This document shows, piece by piece, positions 24,945-40,373 of a stretch of DNA of 64,000 nt. Numbering within the stretch: position 1 is the first letter of the stretch; each line of letters begins with the position of its first letter. The stretch is from NCBI GenBank assembly GCA_951406725.2, contig OX597815.1:160704001-160768000 (forward strand), in the 5' to 3' direction. The position numbers were made by a program, and so were the translations under genes. Origin of the DNA: Octopus vulgaris (taxonomy: Eukaryota). The notes beneath the pieces were generated by a model. The model saw nothing but the letters and a program-made list of their open reading frames with translations, ran no database searches and was not told the origin of the DNA.

Positions 24945-26257
24945 AGGTATTTGCTTATGAGCGCTGTGCAGTGGGATCGAACCAGGAATAATGTCGTTGC
25001 AATGCTTAATTCTTAACCACTCAACCATTCTTGTGCCTCCACGCCATCATACATATATATATATACATGCATATATGTATCCACACATTCAAGCATACTT
25101 ACATAGATTTATTCAACGACGGGGTTCCGGATTTAATCCCATTACGCCACATCTTCGGCATGCCTCTTTTAATATCGCCTTATATCGATATGTATGTGCG
25201 CGCATGTGTGTGTGTGCATGTGAGGGAGTTATACACGCATTCCTATAGAATAGAGTCGGAAAATATCTAGAACGCCAAAACCCTAAATTGTTCGGATATT
25301 CATCAGTAAAGTATCGTACATTACGATTCCGAAGAAAAATAAAATAAAATAAAAACGGATAAAACCAGAAAATTGGGAACGGGATCCTTCCTCCTTGATC
25401 TCTTCCATAATTTTTCAGTCTTGACATTTTTTCGAAAATTTTTCTTAAGAATCTTAATCTCAGATGTTTAAAACGTTAATTTGAAAGAATTTTCAAAAGA
25501 AAGTCAAAACTGAAAAGTTGCAGAAATTGTGTAGAAATTCCTTCTGAGAATGTTTTTCTTTTCCTGTAAGAGAATCGTGATTTACAATGCTTAAAACAAA
25601 CACATGAAAATAATGCAGATTTTGACACTTTAGTTAGTTTCCGACGCTATTGTACAGGAAAACGTATACATGTATGTATGCGTATGAACGCACGTGCGTG
25701 AGACTATTTAGCTGTCAAAATTCGTAACTTAACGGATCGATAAGTTAAGTATATATATCATAGACTATAACTCTTGAAGGCAGTGCTCCAGACTAGCCGC
25801 AATTCCACTGCTCAAACTAGCAAAAGAATACGTGCGCGGGTGTGTGGTAAGAAGCTTGCTTTCCAGCCACATGGTTACGGGTTCAGTCTTACTGCGTGGC
25901 GATTTGAGCGAGAGTCTTCTACTATAGCCTTGGGCCGACAAAAGCCTTGTGAGTGGATTTGGTAGACGAAAACTGAAAGAAACCCGTCGTGTGTGTGTGT
26001 GTGTCTTTGTGTCTGTGTTTGTACCCTACCACCGCTCGACAACCGTCACTGTAACTTGGCGGTTCAGCAAAAAAGATCGATAGAATAAGAACCATGCTTT
26101 GAAATAAAAAATAGTACTGAGGTTAATTCAGACGACTAAAAATTCTTCAAAGCGGTGCCCCAGTATGGCCGCAGTCTAATGCCCGAAACAAGTGAAAGAT
26201 AAAGGATAATATATAATATATTGAAATTTGGTGTTGGTAAAGAATGGTTCTGTTTAA

Positions 26258-27500
26258 AAGATGGTGAGCTGGCAGAAATGTTAGCACGCCGGGCGAAATG
26301 CTTTGCGGTATTTCGTCTGCGTTACGTTCTGAGTTCAAATTCCGCCGAGGTCGACTTTGCCTTTCATCCTTTCGGGGTCGATAAATTAAGTACTAGTTAC
26401 GCACTGGGGTCGATATAATCGACTTAATACCTATGTCTGTCCTTGTTTGTCCCCTCTGTGTTTAGCCCCTTGTGGGTAATTAAGAAATAGGTATTTCGTC
26501 TGCCGCCGAGGTCGACTTTGCCTTTCATCCTTTCGGGATCGATTAAATAAGTACCAGTTACGCACTTGTGTCGATGTAATCGACTTAATCCGTTTGTCTG
26601 TCCTTGTTTGTCCCCTCTGTGTTTAGCCCCTTGTGGGTAGTAAATAAAAAGAAAAAAAGAATGGTTCTGTCTGCTCGCCGCCTTAATAATACAAATCTTT
26701 TCTGCTATAGACACAAGCCCTGAAATTTTGTGGGAGGGGGCTAGTAAATTACGTCGATCCCAGTGATCAATTGGTACTTATTTTATCGATTCCGAAAGGT
26801 AGAGACAATCCCGGCGGGAGTTGAACTCGGAACACAAAGACGGATGAAATACTTATTTCTTTACTACCCACAAGGGGCTAAACACAGAGATGACAAAAAG
26901 GACAGACAAACGAATTAAATCGATTACATCGACCCCAGTGCGTAAATGGTACTTAATTTATCGATCCCGAAAGAATGAAAGGCAAAGTCGACCTCGGCGG
27001 AATTTGAACTCAGAACGTAACGGCAGACGAAATACGGCTACGCATTTCGCCCGGCGTGCTAACGCAGTGATTTTCGACCAGGGTTCCGCCAATACAGTCC
27101 AGGGGTTCTGCAAGAAGTTACAAAACTGCTAAAATCGGCAGTAATTTTTAATTCTCCTGTGCAGATATGTGTGCAGAAGACTATTAAATTATTGCCCATG
27201 GGTTCCTCGAACCAGTGGAGTGTTTCCTTGGGGTTCCGCTCCAGCAAAAAGGTCGAAAAGCACTGTGCTAACGTTTCTGCCAGCTCGCCGCCTTTAATAG
27301 TAATCATATTCTTTTCTACTCTAGGCACAAGGCCCGAAATTTTGAGGGAGGGGACCAGTCGATCAGATCGACCCTAGTACGCAACTGGTCCTTAATTTAT
27401 CGACCCCGAAAGAATGAAAGGCAAAGTCGACCTCGGCGGAATTTGAACTCAGAACGTAGCGGCAGACGAAATACCGCTAAGCATTTTGCCTGACGTGCTT
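26258..27500. mobile_element. Cluster of nested SINE B copies in both orientations
   Basis: Repeated family B cores: + at 26258-26650, - at 26715-27500. Confidence 0.85.
27065..27265. mobile_element. hAT-type MITE inserted in a SINE B
   Basis: 15-bp TIR CAGTGATTTTCGACC / GGTCGAAAAGCACTG; 8-bp TSD TGCTAACG. Confidence 0.9.
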
Positions 27501-29699
27501 ACAATTAATTCTACTAGTAATCTTTTCTGCTATACGCACCCAGCCTGAAATTTTGAAGGAAGGGGTAAATCGATTATATCAACTCCAGTGTACAACTGGT
27601 ACTTAGTTCATCGACTCCGATAGGATGAATGGCGACGTCCACTTCGACGGTATTTGAACTCGGAACGAGTAAAGACGGCCAACGATTAAATAGCAAGCCC
27701 GCCCAAGTACGTCGTTCTACAGTTTTATTTTCTCTTTCTTTCCTTGTTTTCTGTTTTGTGACAATTGCTATAATGAGCAATGAACGAACGACATTAACAA
27801 ACTATAATTGCCAACGAAAGAGCCTGTATGTGGCGGTTCGTTCTGCTAAAAATAGCAGCCGCAAACACTCTGCCGTCTTACAAAGGGAAGGACACATTGA
27901 ATAATAAATTAGGGCTAAGCTACACAAGGGATCAAAACTAACAGTAAATAATTACTATCAAAATTAATAAATAATAAGGCAAAATAAGATAAGCGTAACA
28001 TGACAAGCATGGGAAAGTGGGATTGCGGTTGAGTGACCTGGGGTTAAACAATATCAACAGCAATTGTCAAACACTGCTCTGTGTTGACAATTCTAAGCTC
28101 TTGATTGTGGCACGTGCGCACGCCGACGTATCAGAAAACGTCTATCGTAATCCTTCAATTCTGTTTCTTTCTTACTCTCTTATTCTTTCTTTCTTTCTTT
28201 CTCTCTCTCTCTCTCACCTCATCCCCTTCTTCTTTAATTATGATATACACACGCGCACATATATGTGTATGTGTATGAATATTACGATCTCTATGTAGAT
28301 AGATAATCGATTAGATAGATAGACAGATAAATAGATAGATTGATAGATAGATAGATAGATAGATTGACTGATAGATTGATAGATAGATTGATTGATAGAT
28401 AGATTGATTGATAGATAGATAGATGGATAGATAGATGCGTGGATGGATACAGATATAGAAAATGAAACTAGTGACCTCTGTGTGTGTTTGTGTGAAATGA
28501 GTTCCGTAGCCTCACGATATAAACATCCCAGTTGCTTTTACTCATCCTCACTAACAGTAAAGATTCTTTCTCTCTCTCACACACACACACACACACATAG
28601 AAGTAAGTAAACAAACGTGAATACAGTTAAGCACATGAAGTCAGAGATATATAAGTATTTTATAAATACACACACACACACATACACGCATACACACACA
28701 CATACTCGCATGCACACATTATTACACAGGCAAGCTGGTCGTGTGTGTCATTTCGTCGGGGAAGTAACGTTCGTTTTTACCTGTTACGCTGCTTTATGAT
28801 GAGGAAAGGGAATTCCTTATACGTTGGTTGGCGCTGATCACCTCGCCGATGACACATTAACTTAGCTTAGGTGCCTGTCTTTTAGCCGGACTAGCACCGC
28901 CACTAAATTGATAACCATCATCATCATCGCTTGCTATCATTACAAAATCCCGGTAACGATTTTTTTTATTTTGCCGTCACACATCAGCAGCACCATCGCC
29001 GCCACCGCCACTATTATCACCACCACCACCACCACTATTATCACCACCACCACCACCACTACTACTACTACTTGTAGTACTACACATGCAACGGATGATT
29101 CTCAATTTACTATAAAAACTATACAAATAATAATAATAGCTTCGATGCAAAACTAGTTTTCGTGTTTTCTTCCCTGACTCTCGATACGTTCCTTTCAGTT
29201 TCGCAAGTAACATACACACACACACACACGTACATATACGTATTACACACTGACGCACACACACACACTTATATAAACACAAGGACTTTACTATACATAC
29301 AACCAACACACATACACATGCATATAAACGTATATTACTGACACATGCACACATATACCTAAATACAAGGACTATACTCTCTATACGTAGGTACGTACGT
29401 ATATATATATATAATTTTTGTGTATAATCTACATATGTAAATAGGTAGATGTATATATATATATATATGTGTGTGTGTGTGCATCAGGAAATAAGTCTTA
29501 CACATTTGATACAAACACACTTCAAAGCAGTGTTCACTAGTGCGACTAAGGTTACTAAATACTGCAAGCAACACAGACCGTGGCGTTTATAATCACTTCT
29601 AATACGACTACTACTACTAGTACAAATTACGAGTACCACCACCACCACCAAAACTACTACTACTACTACTACTACTGATACAGAGACTAGTGTCTAGTA

Positions 29700-29809
29700 T
29701 CATCAACAACAAACGATCATCTCTCAGCTGGGATAGAATCATTTCCTCCAGCCTTCTTTGCGGTGGTCAATCGTTTATTCACAACACTTGCTACCGAAAA
29801 TGTGTAAGT
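29700..29809 (+). promoter_or_regulatory. Candidate first exon end with ATG and a strong splice donor
   Basis: CCGAAAATGT|GTAAGT (ATG 29800-29802, donor at 29804) in unique sequence within the CpG-rich domain. Confidence 0.4.
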
Positions 29810-29854
29810 CACAGTTCTTTTCTACTTTAATATCATTTCTTCTCTTTCAGAGTC

Positions 29855-29857
29855 TCT

Positions 29858-29891
<34 letters not shown>

Positions 29892-29901
29892 CCATCTATC
29901 G

Positions 29902-29938
<37 letters not shown>

Positions 29939-29975
29939 TTCGTGTATGTATGTACATGCATACAATATGTGCATG

Positions 29976-30015
<40 letters not shown>

Positions 30016-30161
30016 TCGTACTTATAGATATTCGATATAAATATGTATGCATACGCATACATATTTTGTATGTATGCGTATATGTATATATATATATATA
30101 TATTCATACTTATAGATATTCATGTATTTATGTATATGCATATATATTTGTGTGTGTATAT

Positions 30162-30194
<33 letters not shown>

Positions 30195-30275
30195 CACACA
30201 TTAGTCGTGCACATTTGATACAAACATACATCAAAGATGTTTGTATTTATGTATATGCAGGCATATTTGTATGTA

Positions 30276-30325
<50 letters not shown>

Positions 30326-30414
30326 TACATGTAATATGTTCGTGTATGTATGTGCAAACATTTTTGTCTCTATAGATATTCGTGCGTGTGTGTATATAAT
30401 TCTACATACTTACT

Positions 30415-30449
<35 letters not shown>

Positions 30450-30487
30450 TATGTGTGCATACATATTCCTATCTATCTATCTATCTA

Positions 30488-30534
<47 letters not shown>

Positions 30535-30981
30535 GTCTGTCTGTCTGTCTGTCTGTTCGTGTGTGTATATATTCGCATATTCGTTTGTATATACACTGTC
30601 ACATATTCGTGTGTATTTGAGAGCTCATACGAATATGCATACATATGTAAACATGCAAATCCATTGGTGGGGAGAAGAAAAAGAAAATCACATTATACTG
30701 TAACAGAAAGTGAACCATGTATCTTCATATAAGAATGTTTATATGTGTTTTAGTTATTTACTTCAATGTAAAAATTACACCAGTTTTATTTAATAACTCT
30801 ACAAGTAGTTTTATCATATTTAATGCGTTATTGTACGTTCAACTCGTTTTCGTCTGCTTGTCATCTTTGCCTTGTGTTTTTCTTTTCTCTACGATATGCG
30901 TATTCGGGTTGTATTTAGTTGCACACATTCATATATATATGTGCTCTCTTACACACTAATACACACACACACACAAACACG

Positions 30982-31014
<33 letters not shown>

Positions 31015-31123
31015 GCGCACACAGACACACACACATGTCTGCACACAGGCACGCACATACAAATATAAGTGTACTGACGCATATTATACTCACAAATATC
31101 AGTGCATACACACAACACACTCG

Positions 31124-31174
<51 letters not shown>

Positions 31175-31860
31175 CAGAAATTAATAAATAAAACATATGC
31201 ATATATACATACATAGATGTACGCACCTACCTCTACATGTATATATACATGCATATATGGGTACAGGACACACACACACACACATATATATATACACACA
31301 CATACATAAATATAAATATAAGTGCACACACGCACATACATGCACAAATATAAATCTGCACTCTCAGATACGTGTACACATGTATACACACACAAATATT
31401 CGCACACACAATCTTGAATCTTAGATGTATGCACGCAAATATAAGTACACGCACGTACACACTCAATTTAATCGTGCACACACATACACATCTATGTATA
31501 TACACAAATAATGGTACTCACACACACACACGCACGAATCAAGGAAAATAAACACAAATATAAGTTCATGCACACATATACACACACAAACAGAAGTGCA
31601 CACGCACACACACACATTTATGTATTAACACAAACGTATACACACAGTTATGAGTGCTCCTGCGCACACACACATGGTGTTTATGTGTTTGTGTGCAACA
31701 CTCTTCTATTTGTATATAACATCGTTTTTCTGAAATGCCTGTCAGCCTGTTGCAGCTTTTACAAACCCTTCGTCGTTCCCTCTTTCCTTCCCAAGCAAGA
31801 CATACAAACATTCTATCTCCCCAACTCTTTGAAAATCTTCAATATCTATCAGTCTGTCTG

Positions 31861-31906
<46 letters not shown>

Positions 31907-32200
31907 CATTTCTCTGTCTGTCTATGTATGTATGTATGTGTCTATCTGTCTCTATCTATCTATCTATATGTGTCTATCTATCCGTCTATCTGTCTGTCTG
32001 TCTATCTATCTATCTGTGTCTATCTATCCGTCTATCTGTCTGTCTATCTACCTATCTGTGTATCTATCTAGCTATCTATGTATCTGTATGTATGTATGTA
32101 TGAATGTATGTATCTCTCTCTCTCTCTATCTATCTATCTTAGTGTAGCTGTCTAGCTATCTGTCTGTTTGTATATCTGTCTGTCTGTCTGACTATCTGTA
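29855..32200. repeat. Dense microsatellite field (TA, CA, TAGA/TCTA)
   Basis: Direct reading; it accounts for the many low-complexity ORFs here. Confidence 0.9.
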
Positions 32201-33079
32201 TGCTTCTCTTATTCAATCCATCTGTCTATCTTTTCCTCTCTGCCTCTTTCTCTCACTCTCATAGAGTGATTCTCATGCGGTGATCTGTAGCACACAGGTA
32301 TACTATGAAATATAGCTAGGTGTATGACAAATATAAAATTCTAGGAAAATAAATGTGAAAAATGCAAACTGATTTCTAAAAAGAAAGCCCAGTTACTTTA
32401 TTAAATGGAAAACGGAACAATGAATAAATAAACAAACAAATCAGTAAAACGAAAGAAACTTAAATGCATTCTGTAATGAAATAGGATGTTTATCTAAAGT
32501 GCATGCAAACACACAAGGAAGAAAAATAAAAAATAAATCAGGAACAAAAAAACCATTTAGTTCATGGTCCTCATTGATGATTACGGTTCATTTATTAAAT
32601 TTAACAAATATAAAATTATTTTGAATTCTGTAAATTGCATATCGCATTTATGTTTTAGCTTATAAATATTATATGTGTGGTGTAGACACCACTCACACAC
32701 AAAAGCCGCTGATGTATGTATTTGTTTGCATTAAAGTGAGGGGTAAAAAAAAAAAGTTCGGGAAGCCACTATTGGAAGACAAACGGTAGACCCCCCCATC
32801 TCATTCGAGAAATAGCAACATATTCTTCCTCCCTTTGCTTTTCTTTACTTTTTTTTTTATTCGTCCTGTCTCTTCGTCTGTTTTTTTTTTTTTTTTTTTA
32901 ACCCCGGTGATTCTGCTCATTCAAACTTAACCATTTATCCTGAACGTCTCTATCACATGCTTCCGTTTTCACTGCTCTTTTATAACAGCATCTTTTGTGC
33001 CATTTTCCCCAGTTATAACGTCCTGCCTGTCTGACTCTCTCTTTCTTTTTCAATCACTCAGTAAAACATTTTGCACTTG

Positions 33080-33121
<42 letters not shown>

Positions 33122-36100
33122 GTTGCAATAATTATAATTATAGAGCGTGTGTGTGTGTGTGTGTGTGTGTGCATAATTTACTTCGATCTCTCTCTCTCTC
33201 TCTCTTTCTCTCTTTACACACACACACAAATATGCGCTTACATATGAACCGGTGATAGAATGAATGAGAGAGGCAGAGAGAAAGAGATACGTAAACACTT
33301 CTTAATAAACACATACATACATGCATTCTTGACTATGAATACACATACATACACACACGTACATAACATATGCGTTGTCTTCCATATACTTTAAATATAT
33401 ATAATACTTGTGTACGCATTTGTGTGTGTGTGAATTGATAGCAATAGATAACTGTATAAATAGTGATTAAACGGATTTGCCTGCATGCACAAACAAATAA
33501 GTATGCATTGTATGCATGCAAAATTATGCACACGCCGACAACATTCATACGCACATATATGCAACACTGCAGATATAGCAACTCCTTCAATTTACTATTG
33601 CACAAATGCAGTTTCGTGTACGTTCTATTTACATATGCATAAACATTGAGCCGTACACGTATACAAACACATACATGTACGCAAGCACACGCATTCACAA
33701 TACATATACACATAGATACATGAATACATACATATATAAATGTAGAGTGAGAGAGAAAGAGAGAAATATTTGTATTTGTAAGCATGTATCTTTTGTTTCA
33801 GTTATTGGACTTCGCCCATTCTGGGGCACTGTCTTGAGTTTAGTCGAGCGAATCGACCTCAGTGCTTATATTTCAAGTCTTGGACTTATTCTGTCGGTTC
33901 CTTATGCTGAAACGCTAGGTTACAGGGACGTAAACAAACAAACACCGGCTGTCAAGCGATGGTGGGGAGGGACAAACACGAAGACAAAAATAGATACACA
34001 CACACACACACACACACACACATGACGGGCCTGTTTCAGTTTCTGTTTACCAAAGGTTTTGGTCGACCTGGGGCTATAGTAGAAAACACTTGCCCGAGGT
34101 GCCATGTAGCTGGCCTGAACTCACAACCATGTGGTTGGGAACTAAGCTTCTTATCACTCAGTCACACACACACACACAACAAACTGACCGAGTTGTTAGG
34201 ACATATACTGCGAAGCATTATAGATGGTGTATAGCCGGTGTTCTGACTCCAGGATCAAATCCTGTGGAAGTCAGCTTCATTTTTCACCCTTTCAGGAACA
34301 ATGAATTAAGCACCAATACAGTGCTTGAGGCTGATTCTGCTTTCTATCACTCGTTAGCAGAAATCCCCCATGTTCAAATCAGGACAGGGATAGGTTCCAT
34401 CCTGTTTAAACTTTTCAAGATATATCATGATGCCTTGAAAGTGTGCCTATGAATCTATCTGTAGCTGAGGACCCAAGGCAGAAAGGAAGGACACATGTGC
34501 ATAGTCACACACATATTCATATAAATAAATACATACCTATCTTTTATCTTTTATTATTTATTTATCATTTGACTGTGGCCAGGCTGGGGCATGACCTTGA
34601 CGCGTTTTAGTCAAATTGACCCCAGTACTTATATCTTTTTTAAGCCTAGTAGTATTGGTCTCTTTGAGGAACTTCTAAGTTACAGGGATGTAAACATACC
34701 ATCACCGGTTGTCAAGTAGTGGTGGGGGACAAACACAGATACAAAGACACACACACACATATATACACACACAAAACGGCTTCTTTCAGTTTCCATCTAC
34801 CAAATTCACTCACATCTGGGACATCTGTATCTCAGTCTACATTTGCTCTACATAGACATATTATACCTTTTTGGAATTAGGATGATCTGAAGATTGAAAA
34901 TCTGTCCCTCATTTTGAACATCCAGTATTGGGATCAGGTCTGGATGAGGATTTGCTATATGCTAACAGTTGAAAACTCAAATTTTAGTAGAACTCCAAAA
35001 ATTTGTGAATACAAGTTTTCCATTTCAACTGAATTCAAAGTAATACCATATCGGGAGCGTACCAATAAATGCTGTATTATTATTTTTCATTTTAGTTTTG
35101 GGCTACAAGCCCAATTAGCCCTCTGCAAAAGCCAGCTTAAAAGCCCACATGTAGTGCAGCTTTTAAGTTAGCATATATATATATATATCTTAAAAGACTC
35201 CCTTCAGTCACAAATGTCCATAGAATTACACATACATACAAACATACATACATAGTAAAGCCCCACTTCTGTCATGAATAACCATCGGATTGCACCTAGA
35301 AAGTTACTCTCCCAGGCACAAGTCCAGGCAAGGTTGTTTATGGAAGATCTGCAGTCACCCATGCATACCAACCTCCCCTCTCCATGCCACCTCTGTTTTC
35401 CAAGGGAAAGGCAAAGACAATACAGCTCAGCATCAGTGACGGATGTCGCAACTCATTTCTACAGCTGAGTGAACTGGAGCAACATCAAATTAAGTGTCTT
35501 GATCGAGAACGGAGCATGCTACCCAGTACGGGAATCGAACTCACTACCTCATGATTGTGATATATACTGAGTATACAAAAGGACAGAAATCCAACACAGA
35601 AGGTCCCTAATTCTTCATTAGTTATCAACCAGATGGTCTTACCCAGTTTTGCAACATTGATATACACAAAATTAGAACATACAAGGAAAGTGAGAGAGTA
35701 GATATTCATTCCATACAGATGTTTCATGATTTTGTTAGCTATATAATAGATATTACATCAATATTATCATGCATATTAATATACATATGAGTATATATGT
35801 GTATGTGTGTTTATATTACCATATGTACAAGGGGTCTGAAAAGGGAGCTAACAGACTAACCCCCAGAATAATTCATGGTAGTTGAAAATATGCCACCTCA
35901 TGATTCTTATACCTTCTATTTATATACATTCTCTCTACCATTGTATCCCTTGGATTTTCAGAACAATGCAAAGGTTTACCCTAACCTCAGCCAATGTCAT
36001 TCTTGTTAGTCATACACTTGGCAGAGCAGGCAAGGTTATGTGGTAAGTTTACATCCCAACTACATGGTTTTGGGTTCAGTCTCACTGCTTGGCAGCTTGA

Positions 36101-36362
36101 GCATGTGTCTTCTACTGTAGCCTTGGGCCGATCAAAGCCTTGTGCATAGATTTGGAAGACGGAAACTGAAAGAAGGCAGTTGTGTGTGTTCACAGAGTGG
36201 ATGCCGTTAGGAAGGGCATCCAGCAATAGAAACACTGCCAAATCAGACTGGAGCCTGGCGCAGCCTCCTGGCTTCCCAGACCCCGGTCAAACCGTCCAAC
36301 CCATGCCAGCAGGGAAAACGGACGTTAAACAATTATGATGAGGATATATATATATATATATA

Positions 36363-36800
36363 AATCAAGGGTAGGACAGAAAGAACTCAACAAATGGAAA
36401 TCCAACAAAACACAATATGCAGAAAAATAGGCAACAACATAACAAGCAACAAACAGGACAAAAAAAAAGATATATGGAACACAGCTGATTTCCTCATCAG
36501 TCAGTGTCTGGAAAATCCTAGCAGTTTCACACTTTTATACCTCTGAGACCACTCAAATTCAGTAGGTGCCAGAGACTTTCGCTAAAAGCATTAAGCTTCT
36601 GGGAAAAGCAAATGAATGTATACAAGAATGCAAACAAAAACAAGAAAACTAGAATTATACACATACAACAGATGAACACCTTTCGGCTATACAACAGAAG
36701 GAAAATAATTACACATTTACAAATACAGATAAATAACAGAGAAGGATTTTTGACTATCAGACTGAAATAATAATGCAAATGCAACAGAAAAAGAATTATT
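36363..36800. mobile_element. Penelope-like terminal-repeat remnant abutting (TA)n
   Basis: A-rich block after a TA tract; decayed CTGATGA and GAAAC motifs on the minus strand; a related inverted block at ~62265-62360. Confidence 0.35.
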
Positions 36801-37085
36801 CAGACAATGAACGTGTGTGTGTGTGTGTGTGCATGTGTCTTTGAGTCTGTGTTTGTCTCCCACCACCACTTGACAATCGGTGCTGGTGTGTTTATGTCCC
36901 TGCAGCTTAGCATTTTGGCTAAAGAGACTGATAAAAACAAAAATAACTACTGGTGTCAATTTGTTCGAATAAAATAATTCCTCCAGGCATTGCCCCAGCA
37001 TGGTCACATGCTAGTATTCTGCCTTGAAAGGTAAAACAAATAAAAAAGAGAAACAAAGATGTGTATATATACATATATATACAGG

Positions 37086-37472
37086 AGGCGCAGGAGTGGC
37101 TGTGTGGTAAGTAGCTTGCTAACCAACCACATGGTTCCGGGTTCAGTCCCACTGCGTGGCATCTTGGGCAAGTGTCTTCTGCTATAGCCCCGGGCCGACC
37201 AATGCCTTGTGAGTGGATTTGGTAGACAGAAACTGAAAGAAGCCTGTCGTATATATGTATATATATATATATATAAGTGTGTGTGTATATGTTTGTGTGT
37301 CTGCTTGACAACCGATGCTGGTGTGTTTATGTCCCCGTAACTTAGCGGTTCAGCAAAAGAGACCGATAGAATAAGTACTGGGCTTACAAAGAACAAGTCC
37401 CGGGATGATTTGCTCGACTAAAGGCGGTGCTCCAGCATGGCCACAGTCAAATGACTGAAACAAGTAAAAGAG
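37086..37472 (+). mobile_element. SINE family A, young copy
   Basis: Complete head and tail with CpGs retained. Confidence 0.9.
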
Positions 37473-40316
37473 AAAAAAAAAGAAACATATATATATTTAT
37501 ATATATTTCACACACATACACTCCCTCAAACATAAGCATTAAACGTATACACACATTTAGGCAGATATATTGTTTGTCTAGTTTCTGGTTTCTCATATAG
37601 CTGTAGACATCCTTCCTTTGGTGTAAATATACTTCCGTCTTACTAGTTTCAAACCATTTTTTTTTTCCTTCTTGGTGAGGTGTGTGAAATGGGGAGTGGA
37701 AGTGGTTGTTATCTGAAAAATTATCTGTTTCTTTCCATATTCACATGAAGATGTACACAAGATCAGAATGCATCTTTGAATGCGAAAGTATATTTTTATT
37801 ACATCAGTTTATTCTGGAGGAAAGGATTAACTCCTGACCTCTTTGCAAACCCTCTGCGTCTTGTGCGATTAACATTTCTCTCGAGTTGCTGAAATATGAT
37901 GGTTGTAGGGAAAAAAAATGTTCTGTGGTAGACAGTCTGAATGTTGTGGCTAGTAGGGTCTGGTGGAGAGGAAACACTTCAGATGTTGAGAAGTGAGATG
38001 CAGTGATGAGTGAAAACTCTTTATATATGGGATCAACCACAGAAGTACTCTATCCAGTGAGAGATATAAATATCGTTTAATATACATCAGATTTAAAATT
38101 GAGCTATCATAAATTTCATGCTTTATGACTGTATACAGCATACTATATAAGCTCTCCTGACTATAGTACTTATTGTAGCTCAAGTCTAAAACCCAGCTCT
38201 CACTCTCTCTCTATGTATACACACATACATACATACACATATATATATCGTCGTTTAACGTCCTATATATATATATATATGTTTATATTTTGTGGAGGCA
38301 TGTGGCTTAGTGGTGAGGGTGTTGGACCTATGATTATAAGGTTGTGGTTTCGATTCCTGGACTGGGTGATGCATTGTGTTCTTGAGCAAAACCCTTCATT
38401 TCACATCGCTCCAGTCTACTCAGCTGGCAAAAATGAGTAATCTGGTGATAGACCAGTGTCCTAACCGAGTGGGGAATGTATATGCCATGAAACTGGAAAA
38501 CTGGTCCTTATGACTCGACATGACTAGAGAAGGTAACTTTACTTTTCTACATACATGCACACAGATACACATACACTCATTTAAGTTTTCTTCAGCACCA
38601 CCATGTTGCACCTTGGGTGTCTTCTACATACCTCACCTGACCAATGCTTTGTGAATGATTTTAGTTGACAGAAACTGGAGGCCTGTCATATATATATATT
38701 TATATATATATATATGTGTGTGTGTATGTATATATATGTGTATATATATATATTTATAGTTATATATATGTGTGTATATATATGTATGTCTGTGTGTATA
38801 TGTTTGTGTGTCTGTTTGTCCCCCCAACATCGCTTGACAACTGATGCTGGTGTGTTTATGACCCCATAGCTTAGTGGTTCGGCAAAAGAGACTGGTAGAA
38901 TAAATACTAGGCTTACAAAGAATAAGTTCTGGGGACAATTTACTTGACTAAAGGCAGTGCCCCAGCATGGCCGCAGTCAAATGACTGAAACAAGTAAAAG
39001 AATATATAATGTGTGTGTGTCTGTGTGTGTGCATGCATGCATGTCCTTGTGTTTATCATCACATGGCTGACAACTGATATTTATGTCCCTGTAAGTTAAA
39101 AAAAGTCTTCAATAAAATAAGTACCAAGCATAAAAAGGATAAGTAAAGGGGTAGATTTATTCAACTAAACTTTTCAAGGCAGAATCTTAGCATGGCTGTA
39201 GTCCAGTAGCTGAAACAAGTTAAAGAATAAATATAACATATTCTTTTATTTCTTAACAAAGGTAAGCTCATACTCTGTAAGATGGTGTTGTCTTCATTTT
39301 TGACACCTTACCCCATATTGGTTTCAAATTTTAGCACAAGGCCAGCAATTTCAGGGTAAGGGGTTGAGTCAATTACATTGACTCCAGTGTTCAACTGGTA
39401 CTTATTTTATCAACCCTGAAAGCATGAAAGGCAAAAAAATGACCTTGGTGGAATTGAAATTCTGAGCGTTAAGTTACCAGAAATACTGCTAAGCTTTTTA
39501 TTCTAGCATGGTAATGATTTTGCCAGCTCGCCACTTTAACACCTCCTACTTCATATTACTTCTCTTTCATTTCTTGTCATTGCTTCAGTTATGCCAGAGT
39601 GATATAGAAGACTACAACATTGTTTTAGCTGATTTTAGGATTGTTGTCTGGTTTTCTTCTAGGATAGTCAGTATTTTGATGTCACTCTAATTTCCTGTTG
39701 ACGTCAAGAACATGCAATCTCTGCATCTGCCAGTGCAAGTTTCCTTTCACTTTCTGAGACTTCCATTATGCACACGGATATAAATGAATGTATCTTTGTG
39801 TTTTTTTTACTTGTTTCAGTCATTAGATTAAGGCCATGCTGGGGCACTGCCTTGAAGAATTTTTAGTCAAATGAATCAACCCCAATACTTTTCTATTTTT
39901 TTAAAGCCTGGTTCTTATTCTATTGGTCCCTTATATTGATGTACTAAGTTATGGGGAGGTAAACACACCAACACCAATTGTGAAGCGGTGGTGGGGTACA
40001 AACACAGACACATACACACGCACACACACACACACACACACATGCACACACGCACACATGCATACACACACACACACACACACACAGGGCACACACTTAC
40101 ATACAGACACACACACTTATATATATACATCACGGGCTTCTTTCAGTTTCTCCCTACCAAGTCCACTCACGAGATTAAATATTATATATATATATAATGT
40201 GTGTGTGTGTGCATCCATGCATGTCTTTGTCAGCACATGGTTGACAACTGATTTTTATGCCCCTGTATCTTAAAAAAAGGCTCAATAAACACACACATAC
40301 ACACACACATATATAT

Positions 40317-40373
<57 letters not shown>

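Noticed and set aside
28795-28840. C/D-box snoRNA (ATGATGA...CTGA)
   Set aside because: The boxes span only ~43 nt and there is no convincing terminal stem.
34881-35171. ~97-codon open frame
   Set aside because: No recognisable domain or strong splice sites; compatible with chance.
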